In this document: positions 26,222-38,775 of the stretch, piece after piece
How the letters are laid out: the number at the start of each line of letters is the position of its first letter
How positions within the stretch are numbered: position 1 is the first letter of the stretch
Assembly: GCF_009914755.1 (NCBI RefSeq)
Contig: NC_060934.1
Reading direction: 5' to 3' (one strand)
Source of the DNA: the human T2T-CHM13v2.0 reference genome, Homo sapiens
Length of the DNA: 64,000 nt
The notes under the pieces: model-generated
The model's input: only the letters and a program-made list of their open reading frames with translations
What the model was told of the DNA's origin: nothing
Database searches by the model: none
Made by a program: the position numbers and the translations under genes

Positions 26222-29200
26222 GAATGTTGTCTCTTTCAGATGTCTCTGTGTTTGACTTAGAACCATTACCATACTGCAGGTCTTCAGGCAAGTTATCCTC
26301 TCAAGGCCTTAGCTCTTCTCTTCTCTAAAATGGAGACAAGAGTTGTACCAACTTCAAAAGATTGTGGTGAAAACCAAATGAGACAACTCATAGTGTCCAG
26401 CAAATTATAAATGCTCAGTAAGTGTTAGTCCTTATTATTAGTCTGAAGAAATGCTTGAATTACACATGGTAGGTTCACCTTCCTTTATTAATTTGACTTA
26501 TGCTTATTTCAAATAAGCCTTCTTCTAGAACAAACTCCAAGGTCATTAAAATAGAATATCTTATACTTTGCTTCTGTTTTAACTTGACATTGCAGGGAAA
26601 ATTTATTTATATGATTTTAGAGTATTCACTTAAGAGTAAAGTGATATCCAAAACATACTGCATCATATCATGGCTATGTAGATTTCTTCCCAGAAACCTT
26701 CAGTTAAAAGTTAAAATGAAAAAAATAAAGTTGAGATGAAATGAATTGTTTCTGTGGGTGATACTGTGCTGAATATCAGCTTTTTCATAAATTTTAAGCT
26801 TATATTTGCAAGATTTTATTTTTTATTTCGGTCTTTGGGTCTCAGTTTCCCGATCTGTGTAAGTCAAGGAACTGGACCAATAACTGCAGATTCAACGTTG
26901 ATGATTCAAAGTTTATTTCAAGTACTGTGGCACTCTAATCAATTTGTCTCATTTCTCTGGACCTGTTTCCTTAGCTGCAAACTGAGGAGAAAATGTTCTT
27001 ACCTATCAGCTGCTTTTAATTATAATATTGGAGTTTTAACTCTTCTTTTCCTGCTCTTCCTCAACTAAGTTAGTATATGGTTATCTAATCATCCCAATTA
27101 TAATGTATCACAAATTAATTTCTAATGTTTCCAGGTGCACAGTTAAAAGCTTGTCAACATATACTAGGCAACTGCTGGGTGCTAGAGACACAGTAATGAA
27201 AAGCCATGCTTCCTGCCTTCAGGAACTGGGACATCAGACATAGAATGATGATGATGATAAGGATGAGGATGATGATAATGACAGAGATAATAAATGTAAA
27301 GATAATTGCTTTAATAGGAATAAGTACAATATTCACTGGAGACAAAAGATCTAGAGAACCTAAATCAGCCTGGTGGCTGGGTGTTTGTGAAGGCTAGGGG
27401 AAAAAATGAGAGAGAATATTCCAAGCTGGAGGAATACTGTGTGCAAAGAGCTCAAGATGAAAAGACAGGACTAGACCAGAAATTACAAATAGTTTGGAAC
27501 TGTTGAAATATGAAATGCAAAAAGAGGAGGTGGGAGAGACAAATGGGCCTAAGAGCTTTGTAAGCCATTTAATTGATTAATATCTGGACATATGTTGAGA
27601 TTTTTCAAACATAATTGTAATGTTAAGGTTTTAAATTCAAATAGAAAAGCAGTTTTAATATAAGCTTCTGAAAGTATTACAAAAATACAAAAATTCAAGA
27701 TCAATATTTTTGTAGGTAGCCTTAGAAGAAACAAATTCAGGGAAATGAAGAGTGCTTGGGAAAGAACACCAAACCATCTTGCTTTGAAGTGTATCCTGAG
27801 GAGTTTTTCTGTCAGATGACCACTGATTAAGGTTAGACATCTAAGGTAGATGTCAGATAACTAATCTTGTTTTGCTAAAAATCTCTTTTGGGTTTTCATA
27901 TTTTGTGAACTTGAAGATTTGCTGTGATCTTAGTTATTTAAATTTTCTCAGTGATTTTTTTGTTTGAGAGCCTTACTCCATTAAAGAAAATCTATACAAT
28001 TGATTACTTGGCATCTGATCTGTTCCTAGACTTCGAATGGATTGAAAAGTATTCTTTTCTTGAATGAAGTGGAAAGATAAAGACAAACAGATATATATAT
28101 ATGTATGCTCTATAAAAACAAAAAGATTGGTAAATATTCTAATTCTGGTTTGATTTTTGTAGAAAGAGCACCTGACTCAGAAGTCATGAATTCAAGGTTC
28201 TGCTATTTATTTATTATTCATTAATGATAATGATATTTATCATTATTAATAATGGTGTAATAAGCATGTATTACTTCATTTGCATTTCCAAAATTAAAGT
28301 TATACACCCATCAAATTGTTCTAGAAGACTTGAATAAAAACCAGAAGTACTGTATGCCTTCCCCCCATTTCCCATTTCCTACAGCAATGACTTCCAAAAC
28401 GTTTAGCTTGATATTACTTTTGCCACTGTGTCTCCAAATAATATGCTTACATTTCTTCCTCCTGATTTTTGAAACATTTTAGCTATTATCTATTGATGTT
28501 TCCTTAAAGCAGATGAGGTTCATTTTTTTTCACCACTTCCTCCCCTTACACAAAGCCTCCACTACACACAGGCACATTTCCCAATCCCTCAAATTCCTAT
28601 TCCAGATATGTCATAATTTAGGTTAGATCAATATGCATGGTTTACATTATTACAACTAAACAAATGCTAGTTACGACTCAGCCACATTGCATACTCTGAT
28701 TATTCTGAATTTTTCTGCATGTTTTGTTATACTTGGAGTTAATAATTGTCTTCTTTTTGGTACCACAGTTTTCTATGAACTGATTACTAATTTAACCACA
28801 GAGTCTTCATGAGTTGTCTCAGTATCCTCTATGTTCTTCCATTCCAAGAATTCCATTTAATCTAGAAGAAATCTCAACCCTGAGTTTTCTGACCTACTCC
28901 AATTTGAGTTCTCTTTTCATTATCATCTTGAGGAACTCTTTTGCCTCTATCATGTGCTAGCTTGCTTGTTTTCTATATTCTACATTTTCTCCTTATCTTG
29001 ATTTAATCTTGTTTTGGTGGCAAGCAATCTTCAGTAGCTACCTCAGACAGGGCATAAATAAATAAAACTTTTTTTTTTTTTTGAGAATGGATTTTAGCCT
29101 TATGTTTGGTTGATAGTTTTGCGGGGTATAAACTTCTACCATGGAAATTATTTTCCACTGGGCATTGCTGCATTGCCATTTGGCTCTTGATGCTGCATCC

Positions 29201-29299
29201 ATTTGGCAGGAGTCCTGTGTTTTCTCTGTGCCTGCATTCAAGAAGCTGAGTACTGTTGGAGAAAGTCATAGGACAAATTATAAATTTATGATTATCATT

Positions 29300-31445
29300 A
29301 TAATTTTATAAAGTTATGATTACCAACATCAACTGGCCTCTCAACAGTGCCAACTCATCCTTTTACAGATGCAAAGGCTATATAAAAACCTCCCAACTAC
29401 CAAAAGCAAACCCTACTCTCTTCAAACCTATGACTGCTCTCTTTCCCTCCTACTCTTCATAGATAACCTTGACTTTTACTCTTTTGGGAAAATACAATCC
29501 ATCATATGGGAATTCATTCCTGTTGTAAAAATGCAACCTACAAACTGACCTATATTTGTACCTATCTTGTTTACTTTCTGATGAGCTATTTGTCCTCTTA
29601 TTATCTCTTGTAATCTATTCTGTTCATGCTCTCAAAACCTGATAATATTAATTCTTCTCCTTTTTGTTGAATACTCAATTTCTGCCACCTGAATCTTTTC
29701 CAGTCACTTTTAAACATGCTCAAACCTGGCAAACCATTAAAACAACCATCTAACCAACCAAACTACCAAACAACCAATGCCCACTTTATCCTTCAGCTAT
29801 TGCTCCTTCCTCCCTTTCTCAGCCAAACCTTTTCCAAAGAGTTGTTGTTACTTCTCATTTCATTAGCTATACCCAGTCCTCAACCACTCCATTATGGCTT
29901 TCTTGCCAAGGTCTCAGCAATCTCATAAAAAAAATGTTGACTTCCCTTAGTAAACAAAGATGATCACACTTTCCTTTTTGTAATAGTCTTTTTCTGAGTT
30001 TACATGACACAGCTTTGTTTCTTCATTCTTCTTTCACTGCTGCTTCTATATCCTTTCACATTACACTGTCCTCTACTTGACCACTGTCAGAATTTTAAAA
30101 AGTCACGTTCCTTGGTTCCCTTTTCTTCTAAGTCTCTTCTTTTTCCCTAGACAATCTGACCCAGGTAGATTGCTAGAATTGTTACCTATAAACAAGTAAC
30201 ACATTTTAATCTCTAGCCAAGATTCCTTTACTGAATTCCAGACCTATTCAATTGCTAACACAACATCTCTTCTTGGAGATCTCAACATCATTTCAAACTC
30301 AAAATGCCGAATTCAACTTCATGAACTTTCTTCCATTGTGATTTTCTTTCAATATTCCCAGTTTCAGTTAATGACACCTATCTCTCTCTTATTATGTTAG
30401 CCAGAACCCTGGAGATATTCTCAACATTTCTCTTCCCATCACACTATTTCTAATTCATCACCAATCTACTTGGTGATACTTACTGTTTAAATATTTCTCA
30501 AATCCTCTCATGTCTCTCATCTTCACCACCTATGTAAGCTAGCAGCATTTATTATCTAAACTTCCCATATAGTCTCTTAATTGGTCCAACTGCTTCTATC
30601 TATCCTTGTCCCTCAGTCTGTTCTCCACACTAGAGCCATAGTCAACTTTTTAAAATGCAAATCTAAGCACATCTTGCTTTACTTACAGCCTCTATATGAT
30701 TTCCTTTTATTCTAAGGATAAAGACAAAAACTCCTTAATTTGACCTATGCTGCTTACATATGCCCCCTCTTACTTATAACTCCTGCCCCAGTGAGTCCTA
30801 ATTCCTTGTTTCCTTGTACCAGCTACGCTGGCCTTCTTTTAGTTCATCCAATGGGGGAATGCATACTGCCCCCTTCTGCTACAGTGTCTTTACTTGTGCT
30901 AATCTTATTGAGAGCCAATATAACTTATTGGCTAAGCATAAAGCACCTGAAGCCTAATTTTCAAGAGACTGCCTGGGTTCAAATTCTTATTCTTCAACTT
31001 AGTCGTGCAACCTTGAGCAAGTCATTTTACCTTTTGTGCCTCAGTTTCCTCAACTCTAAAATGAGGATAATTGTAGTATCTACCTTCAGGGATGTTACTA
31101 TGATCAGATGATCATTTGCAGGGATGGCTCTTCCTTCCCTTGCCTAGTTAACTTCTCTTCCAACGTCTGTTCTGAGTTAGAGTCACTGTTTCGAGAAGCC
31201 TTCACTGACCTCTCTGACTGAATCCAATTACTCTATCATAGGTTTTCTCATATCTTGAGTCTCTTGTTTGTAATGCTTACTGCGGGCATGATTTTATATT
31301 TGTGATTTATTTTTTGGTCAGTATTCCTTCTCATTAGAATTTCAGCTCCAGGAGGGAGTACAGGGATGTGTCTGTCTTTGCTTACTATTCCTTGGGCTTA
31401 ACAGTGCCAAGTACATAGTAGGGTCCCAATAAATATTTGTTGATA
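29300..31445 (+). mobile_element. Long degenerate L2 with a nested MIR (~30915-31110)
   Basis: L2 3' end acatagtagg..caataaatatttgttga; MIR core gcctcagtttcctcaactctaaaatgaggataat. Confidence 0.65.
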
Positions 31446-32961
31446 GAAAAACACAGTAAATGTCCCTGATGGAAAACAGTGGGAATGCTCCTACATAAAC
31501 CCTTTGGGTGCTGAAACTAGTGCCTTGGATAGAAATTAACAGTAATTAACAAGTTTATAAAAGGAACACATGGTGGTGAATCAGAGCAGTTAAGTGTGCA
31601 GATGCTCTCAGTTCTTCAGGAGGTGACTCTGGGCAGGAGGGGTCTCCGCTCAAAAAGGTAAGACTTTATATAAAGACCCACAGACCTGGGTCTGATTAAT
31701 TGGCTGTATTATCTGCTGCTGGACAACCTTAGTCAAGTTACTTTATTTCCCACGGTCTCAGTTTCCTCATCTGTACCCATCACAGGGACAATTCCTGTTA
31801 ACTAGGCAGCTGAACCTGAAATAATTTTGATTTACCTTCAGCATATTCCATGATTATCCAGAGGCCTGTGCCAGTGATATGGCTCTTCCTACATGTGAGC
31901 CAGGCAGCCTCCTTCTGTGGCGCAGTGACAAACTGCTATCCCCATCGTTCCTCCCCGCAAGTCTTTGTACTTTGGGTCATAAAATAATAGGCTATGAATC
32001 TGTGTGAACTGGGAAAACAGAGTTCCAAGGGCACACCCAGTACGAGCGAGTCTCCTCTTCCCCCGCGCTTCATATCCAAGCTTGACAGAGGCCGTGGGTG
32101 GGCTGGCCCTCGGCAGTGAGGCTCAGAGGTTACTGGCCGTCATCTGTCAGAGACTGACCTTGAAAACAGAGAAAAGCCCTCAGTCCCTGACAAGACAGCC
32201 CTGCCCACGTGCCAGCTGGATCCAGCTCGCCAACACAGCAATCTCCGAGCCCCTTTTCTACATTAAAAAAAAAAAAAAGTCTGCTGAGTCCATTCCTTGA
32301 GAATCACAGAGAAAACAATTCCTTCCTTACTCCATTCAAGAAAAAAAAATTCCCCTTCTCAGAATAAAAAGAGTAAGCCTCTTGTCCACCTCTCGTGCAG
32401 CAGGCCACTTTGCTGGGAGGAGAGGAGGTGTCTGGGTTTGAGCCCTTCCTGGAGGTATGAACTACATGCGAGCCACGTCCATGGCGATGCCTGCGAAAGA
32501 CGGGCATGATTTCTTCTCCAAGCCTTCTTTTTCCTCTTCCTCACGTTCGAGCTTGTGGAACCAACTGGGGCTGTGAGTTTCAGGGTGTAGGGTATGTATG
32601 TAAACAGCGGAATTGTGTATGCACTTAGTGTGCGTTCAGGACTCTGCTGTGCTTGAACTTGGTGTGTTTGTGTTTGTGTGTTTGGAGGATTATGAGAGCA
32701 TGTAGGGGGAAGAGATTTGTATGTGTAAGTGCAGAAAAGTAGTAGTGTGTGTGATGTGTGTGTGTAGACAGGAATTACGTGGACACTCCATGTGCGTTCA
32801 GGAGTGTGTGTGTTTGAGGAGCTATGAAAGTGCATGTATGGAAAGGATTTATACGTGTAAGTGCAGAAAGTGGCAGTGTGTACGTGGTGTGTGTGTGCGC
32901 GCGCGAGTGTGTGAGCGCCAGGGGCCGCCCGCCCGCCGCGGCTCCCCGTGGGCTGGCCGGG

Positions 32962-33051
32962 CCAATGAGCGCGCGGCTGTAGGGGCGGCGGGCGGGGAGG
33001 GGGCGCCGAGCCCTGCGGATGGAGGCGCGGGCAGCGCGGCGCGCTCATTCC
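32962..33051 (+). promoter_or_regulatory. TATA-less core promoter: CCAAT box 32962-32966, GC boxes 32982-32997, Inr-like TCATTCC 33045-33051 (candidate +1 = A33047)
   Basis: Motifs read directly. CCAAT sits about 85 bp upstream of the Inr, which is the canonical NF-Y spacing. TSS position is inferred. Confidence 0.62.
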
Positions 33052-33148
33052 GCGCGGGCGTTGCTGGCGGGGGGCGGCGCAGCCACTGGACCCGGACCGG
33101 GGCCGCGACCCGGGGTGGCGGGCGGCGTGGGCGGCGCCCGGGGCTGGG

Positions 33149-33217
33149 ATGCGCCGGGGGCTCAGTGGCGGCGGCGGCGTTGGCGGTGGCGTCGGCGGCT
33201 GCAGGGGGACGAGCTAG
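33149..33217 (+). other. uORF of 22 aa (MRRGLSGGGGVGGGVGGCRGTS) across an interrupted GGC repeat, out of frame with BICC1
   Basis: ATG at 33149 (G at -3) and TAG at 33215-33217, translated by hand. Actual translation unproven. Confidence 0.55.
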
Positions 33218-33318
33218 CGCCGCGGCGCTGGGAGCCAGTTGAGCCCGGCCGGCGAGCGGAGGCGGCAGCGCAGGCAGAGCGGCGGCGGCAGCGGGAGCCC
33301 GAGCGCTGCGCGCCCACC

Positions 33319-33508
33319 ATGGCCGCCCAGGGAGAGCCCGGCTACCTGGCGGCGCAGTCGGACCCCGGCTCCAACAGCGAGCGCAGCACCGACTCCCCAG
33401 TGCCCGGCTCCGAGGACGACTTGGTCGCCGGGGCGACCCTGCACAGCCCGGAGTGGAGCGAGGAGCGCTTCCGCGTGGACAGGAAGAAACTTGAGGCCAT
33501 GTTACAAG
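33319..33508 (+). CDS. BICC1: BICC1 first coding exon (190 nt, MAAQGEPGYLAAQSDPGSNSERSTDSPVPGSEDDLVAGATLHSPEWSEERFRVDRKKLEAMLQ), RNA-binding KH/SAM protein; remaining exons lie outside the window
   Basis: Translation matches the recognised N-terminus of human BICC1. Strong Kozak context cccaccATGg at 33319. Donor CAAG|GTAGGC at 33508/33509 (phase 1). Lies in a CpG island. Confidence 0.96.
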
Positions 33509-35420
33509 GTAGGCATCCCTCGTGTTCTCGGACTCCCCGACTGAGCCTCTAACTCCTTTTCGGACATCCACACCGCGCGCTCCGGCGCCCGCTACTCCAG
33601 CCTACGGCCGGTTTAGCTCCAGGCCCGCTCCCCCGCGGAGCCGGAGGACACCCAGGGACTGGAGACTTCGCGGGACTCCCCACCCTTCCACGCCTCTCAG
33701 ATTTCCAGGCGCTGGGGGCCCTGTGCGAACTTGACTGGCTTCAGAAAAGCCGAAGGCCGAGTTTGTACTGGCGCGCCCAAGTTGCGTTCTGGACTTTGGA
33801 GATGCCAACTTTAGCCCGGACACCTGGGCTGTGCCATCCGAACCACTCGGGCCGCACAGAGTATGCGTGACCCTCCCCATTCCCTGGCAGCCTCGAGTTC
33901 TGTCTCTCTCCGTCTGTTTCACTCTCTCCCCTTGTCAGTATCCACTTCCTCCAGCTGAGGGGCCTTGTCTCACTATTGGGAAACGCTCTGCAGATGTCAA
34001 GGCTTAAGACAGGAGCTCCCGCCCCCACCCCTGTGGTCAAGGAGGGCCAGGATCGGGGTGAGCAGCCAAAGCGAGGGGGGAGTGTGGAGGCAGTGCTGCT
34101 GTGTTTGAGGACAGTGTTCATCTCTTGACAGGCTTATAAAACACATCTTGAGTTACATTCAGTCCATAAAAATCTTCCTATGCTATGGGTGTCTGACTTT
34201 GTCTTTCACAACTTAGAATTATTTTTAACTCTTTAATTTCTTTGGGACTTTCCCAGGTAGAAAATCTTCAACCATACTGGACCGAAAACAGATTCTGATT
34301 TATAATACAAGTGTTGGAGTGAACGTCAAAACGTCCAAGGTCATTTTGACCTTTCTTAAAACAGATAATTACTAGCCTACCTGTAGCTACCGATGTGGCT
34401 CATTTCCCACATCCAAAGAGAGAAATGAGTTAGTTTGAATGACTGTTATTCTTAAAATAAGTGTACGGGACCAGGCGTTAGTCTCACTTAGGGCGCTGGT
34501 GAAGATTCATTCAGTAGCTAGTGTTCTTTTATCATGGAGGAGTTTGGAGTTTTTCAAACGTTATTTGTGGCTTTATGCATAACTTACTTTGATTTTATCA
34601 GTCAATGCATCGCAGTATGGGAACGATTTAGCCCTCTGTGGAAATGCAGTGGCTTTTTAGAACAATTAAGCAGGTTATTTTAAGAGAGAACAACATGTTT
34701 TCCAAAACAATAACTTGGTGGAAACAAATAGCAAGAGTGTTTGGCAGACGTTTTTTGGATGTGCTACAGGCTTTCCTCCCTTGTTGCTTATTTTTATTGA
34801 CAAACATCCCTAATGTGTGTCATGTCTTTCTCTGTCTCTCCCCTTCCCTCTTTTTTTCTCAAATTATGTAACTTTTGAGGACAGTTACTTCTGTGATAAA
34901 CTCTTCAAGTAAGACCGTTATAAGATAGATTTGGAAATTAAAGCCCCAGTTGCATTTCAGTAACTCATTTCAGTTATTTCGTCTGTTCTGTGGTTCTTTT
35001 TGCCTAGTTTATGACTATAAAACAAAATATTAAATTTATGTCAGGCATATATTGTGAGATCGTTTGGAATGAACTGATAGTAGCACATACTCATCCTTTT
35101 CAACCAGCTTTCAGTTTTCTACATTAGTTTGGAGTGATATGAAAGAATGATCTGTTTCACCTGCGCACAAACAAGTAAGGACAGTGATGTTAGCTTCTGG
35201 GAAGTTCAAGTGTATAACCTGAGCTTTAGAAGTGAATTTCCTTTTTTGATTTAATTCATTTTCACTTCGAATAAAATGAAATTTTGAGGAGACTTTTTGA
35301 AAATTTGAAGGCTCTTTTGTATTAATAGATGTGATATTACGATCTGAGATGGTTTGAAATTGCTTTGCAGTAATAGTTGCTTTTACAGAAAGTCTTAACA
35401 TCTCTTGAACAACCGATATA

Positions 35421-35810
35421 CAGTCATGCAGTCCATGCTTAAGGACTACGACTGGGATACCTTGTTAGAAATGTGTCCTTAGGCATTTTCATTGTGCAAA
35501 CATCATGGAGTGTAGTTACACAAACCTAGGTTGTGTAGCCTGCTACACCTACTACCTAGGCTATATGGTATAGTCTATTGCTCCTAGGCTACAAATAATG
35601 TTACTAGGCTACAAGGCGTGTTACTATACCCAATACTGTAGACAGTTGTGGCACAGTGGTATTTGTGTATCTAAATATATCTAAACATTGGAAAGGTAAT
35701 GTGTTATGTTACTATGGCTATGACATCACTAGGCGATAGGAATTTTTCAGCTTCTTTATAATCTTACGGGACCATTGTAGTGTATGTGGTTAGTTGTTGA
35801 CCAAAACACA
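35421..35810 (+). mobile_element. Tigger3a/MER7-like DNA transposon derivative, followed by a MIR (~35815-36030)
   Basis: TA|cagtcatgc start; tacacaaaccta..tagcct..ctaggctatatggtatag; tataatcttacgggacca. Confidence 0.75.
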
Positions 35811-38741
35811 AGTGTGAGCACTGGGATCACTAATACCTGGGTTCAAAACTCTGTAGGATCTCAGGAAAGTTGCTAGGCCTCTCTTTGCCTTCAGTTTGCC
35901 CATCTGTAAAATGGAGCTGATACTAGGACCTTTTAGGTTTTGGGAGAATCGAAAGAGATAATGCCTAACAAGCTAACATTTGCCCACAGTGTTTGGTCAA
36001 TGATAAGAACTTAATGAATATCTGTTGTTATTATTAATAATAAATATTGCATCATGGATTAAAAGGATTTCCAGTGCCTACCACAATGTATGAAATATAG
36101 TATATACTTAATAAATAGTTGGGGAACAAAATAATTTTGCAGGTTCATAATTGCAGAAGTAAAATAGAAACTAAAGAAGTAAGTCTATCAAGTCAATAAG
36201 CATTCTAATATTGTTAGATATTCTTGGGTGGAAAGCTTTTTATTTGAAAAGTGCCAAGTAAGTAAAGTCTGTATTTGAGTTTTCAATTATTGTGAATTTG
36301 GGTGTGCTATTTTTCTATTTACAATTGACTTAAAATAGGTACAGGTTTCCAATTTAAATCAGGATAAATAAGATTATCTGCCTTTAAGTATTCAGAGTGC
36401 AAATTGGTGATTATAATGCTTGGAATTTGTTTCCAGAGAGACTGTCCTGGGGGCAAGTTAATCTTTAATGAGTTGTGTTTTTATTAGTAGAGAAATTCTT
36501 CTACGCAATGGACCAAAAATTCAGTGAGGTTAATATATGGGCAATAGGGTAGTAGTCAAATAAATGAAATACCATTCTTAGATGATCATTGAAACTTAAA
36601 AGAATTGTTGCAGATAAAAACCACCAGGCCAACAATGTAGGGAAATATCACTCTTTTTTCATGGTTTTTTTACTGGCAGGTTGGGGTCTAATTACTACTT
36701 TGAAACAACCATGCAGAGTATCTGATGTTTTTGCTGTAAGTGAAGATTATCAGTTTTATTAGTTTACAGTTTTATAAACGGAAATTTATTTTCAAGTTTA
36801 GGTTTTTGATGGGTGTGGTAAGTCTTGGAATGAATACCATAGACAGCATTTTTAATGATAAAGAAAATCCTTATATAATTTCTTTATTTAATACTGATCT
36901 TCAAATGTAAATTTCATGCATCATGTGAAATAATAGTATTGATTTATGTAAGCCAATTAAATTTTAGTTAAATTAACTCAAAGTTATAAGTTACATATCA
37001 TAACTCACATTAACTCAACTGAGTTATCAGGGAGGAAAGGGAGGAGAGTGTTATAGCAGGAAGTCTGGGAGAAAGTAAGAAATAATTGAGTCAAGAGAAT
37101 CAGAGATACAGTCTTGGTGTTTGCCAGAGTACTGAGGCAATCACAGGATTCCTATATTAATACTTTTCTTTTTTAAAGTATTTTTCTTTGTAAAAACATA
37201 TATGTGTACTATAAAATTAAAAATTCCCATATATAACATAGCACTTCAAATTATTATTTAAAAAAAATTTCCCATATAAAATTCAGAAGCATAGGTATTT
37301 TCAAAGTTTGGGAATTCCTTCTTTTAGTAGAGAAAATGGTAAGTGTTAAAAAGTGGGACCTGTGGTGGGGAGGAATGGCCTATTTTCATGAAAGGAGATT
37401 GACATCTGGTGGGATTTTATGATACTGCTGCCAAAGACTTTAAGAACCATGTTGCATTTTTGCAATGATAGGCAGAACTGGGGTCATTTGCTACTGCTTG
37501 GTTGAGTAGCAGAGTTAGCCACTGAAACAGAGGTTGTTGTACATCATTGATTAACAGTAGGAGCAGCAACTATGTTATCTCTTTAATTCAGCAAACTTTA
37601 GTGGATTTTTAAAATGATTTGATGAACAGATAATAATTTAGACTTTTTTCATGAGAGCAGGAAGAAATATGAAGCCAAAAATGTGTGAAAATGGGGGAGT
37701 ACTGAAAGTGAAGATAAAGAGTAAAGCTTAAATAAACAGAGTTTTCTAGCTAATGCTTGATCAAGGCTAATAAACAGCAAAAACAAATCAAATACATTTA
37801 TGAGCTTAGAGATTAATAGCACAGGGCTGTGGGCCAAATCTAGATTTGAATCTTGATGCTACATTTTAATAGGGAGCTTGGGAGAATCCATCACTTGGTG
37901 ACCTCATTTCTCAAATGGGGCAGTTAATGGTAGTACTTACCTCCTGAGGTAGTTTTGACAATGAAGAGGAAAAAGGTGTATGTAAGTCATCCCAGTGCTG
38001 GCAACATAGGAAGTGCTGAATAAGCTAATAACAATATTCACAGTAAATCATTATGTATAAAATGCACTTTCTTATATTGATCATGAAAATCAAGTATATT
38101 GGAAACTTTAGTTTGGTCTTAAATTATCTTACGATTAATGAACATGCACAGCTATCTAAATATTATTGGCCTCCCTGGTAGCTTGCCATGTGTTGAGTAT
38201 ACTTGTAAAGGTGGGTGGGTAAATACTAAGTAAAGCTCCATTAGACATGAGTGTGGAGTTCTAGATTTTGCTCAGGACGAGAGGGCTTTTCACCCTTTTT
38301 AGTTGTAAATTGTTCTTGCTTTGAGTATTTTTCATTATTTGACTGGTCCTGAGCCATTCATTTCTAGTATGGTTTACTAAAGACTAGCAGCGAAATCAGT
38401 TAATCTCTCTTCTGGTTGTAAGTTGCTCTGAATTTGAGTCATTCATTGGTGTGTAGAAAGAAGGTTTTTTGAAGAAAATACTCTGCCTGGGTTAACATGT
38501 TTCATTTGCTCACCTGTAAAATGGGGATAATAATAGTCCTACTTTATGGTGATATTGTGAATGCTGAGTGTGAGAATGTATGTAATATGCTTAGTTCAGT
38601 GCCAGGTTGATGGTGCTTAATAAACATCAGTTCAGATGCAGCAGTACTGTCTCACATGATGAATAAAGATTTCAAAACACTAGAAAGCAAATACTTGCCA
38701 AGTCTTTTTTTCTTTTTTCTTCTAATTGCATGTGAATCCTT

Positions 38742-38775
38742 TGTGTGTGTGTGTGTGTTGGGGGGGGGGGGTGTG
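38742..38775 (+). repeat. (TG)n followed by a poly-G run
   Basis: Read directly. Confidence 0.85.

Larger units (their letters stand above)
32880..33900. promoter_or_regulatory. CpG island over the BICC1 promoter and exon 1
   Basis: Very GC- and CpG-rich block in an otherwise AT-rich, CpG-depleted window. Confidence 0.93.

Noticed and set aside
28227-28246. AT-rich inverted repeat ataatgata-tt-tatcattat
   Set aside because: A 9-bp arm in very AT-rich sequence is expected by chance.
33019-33318. In-frame upstream ATG giving a 100-aa N-terminal extension of BICC1 (ORF 33019-33552)
   Set aside because: ATG33019 has C at -3 and lies upstream of the candidate Inr at 33047, so it is probably not in the mRNA. 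Stop-free frames are expected in GC-rich DNA. Reconsider only if CAGE shows starts upstream of 33019.
33509-33552. Read-through of exon 1 into the intron (GRHPSCSRTPRLSL*)
   Set aside because: This lies past a canonical donor, and the known BICC1 protein diverges at exactly this point.
32359-33571. Long antisense and alternate-frame ORFs over the CpG island (229, 240 and 173 aa)
   Set aside because: Low-complexity Pro/Arg/Ala/His-Thr translations of GC-rich and GT-repeat DNA, with no recognisable domain.
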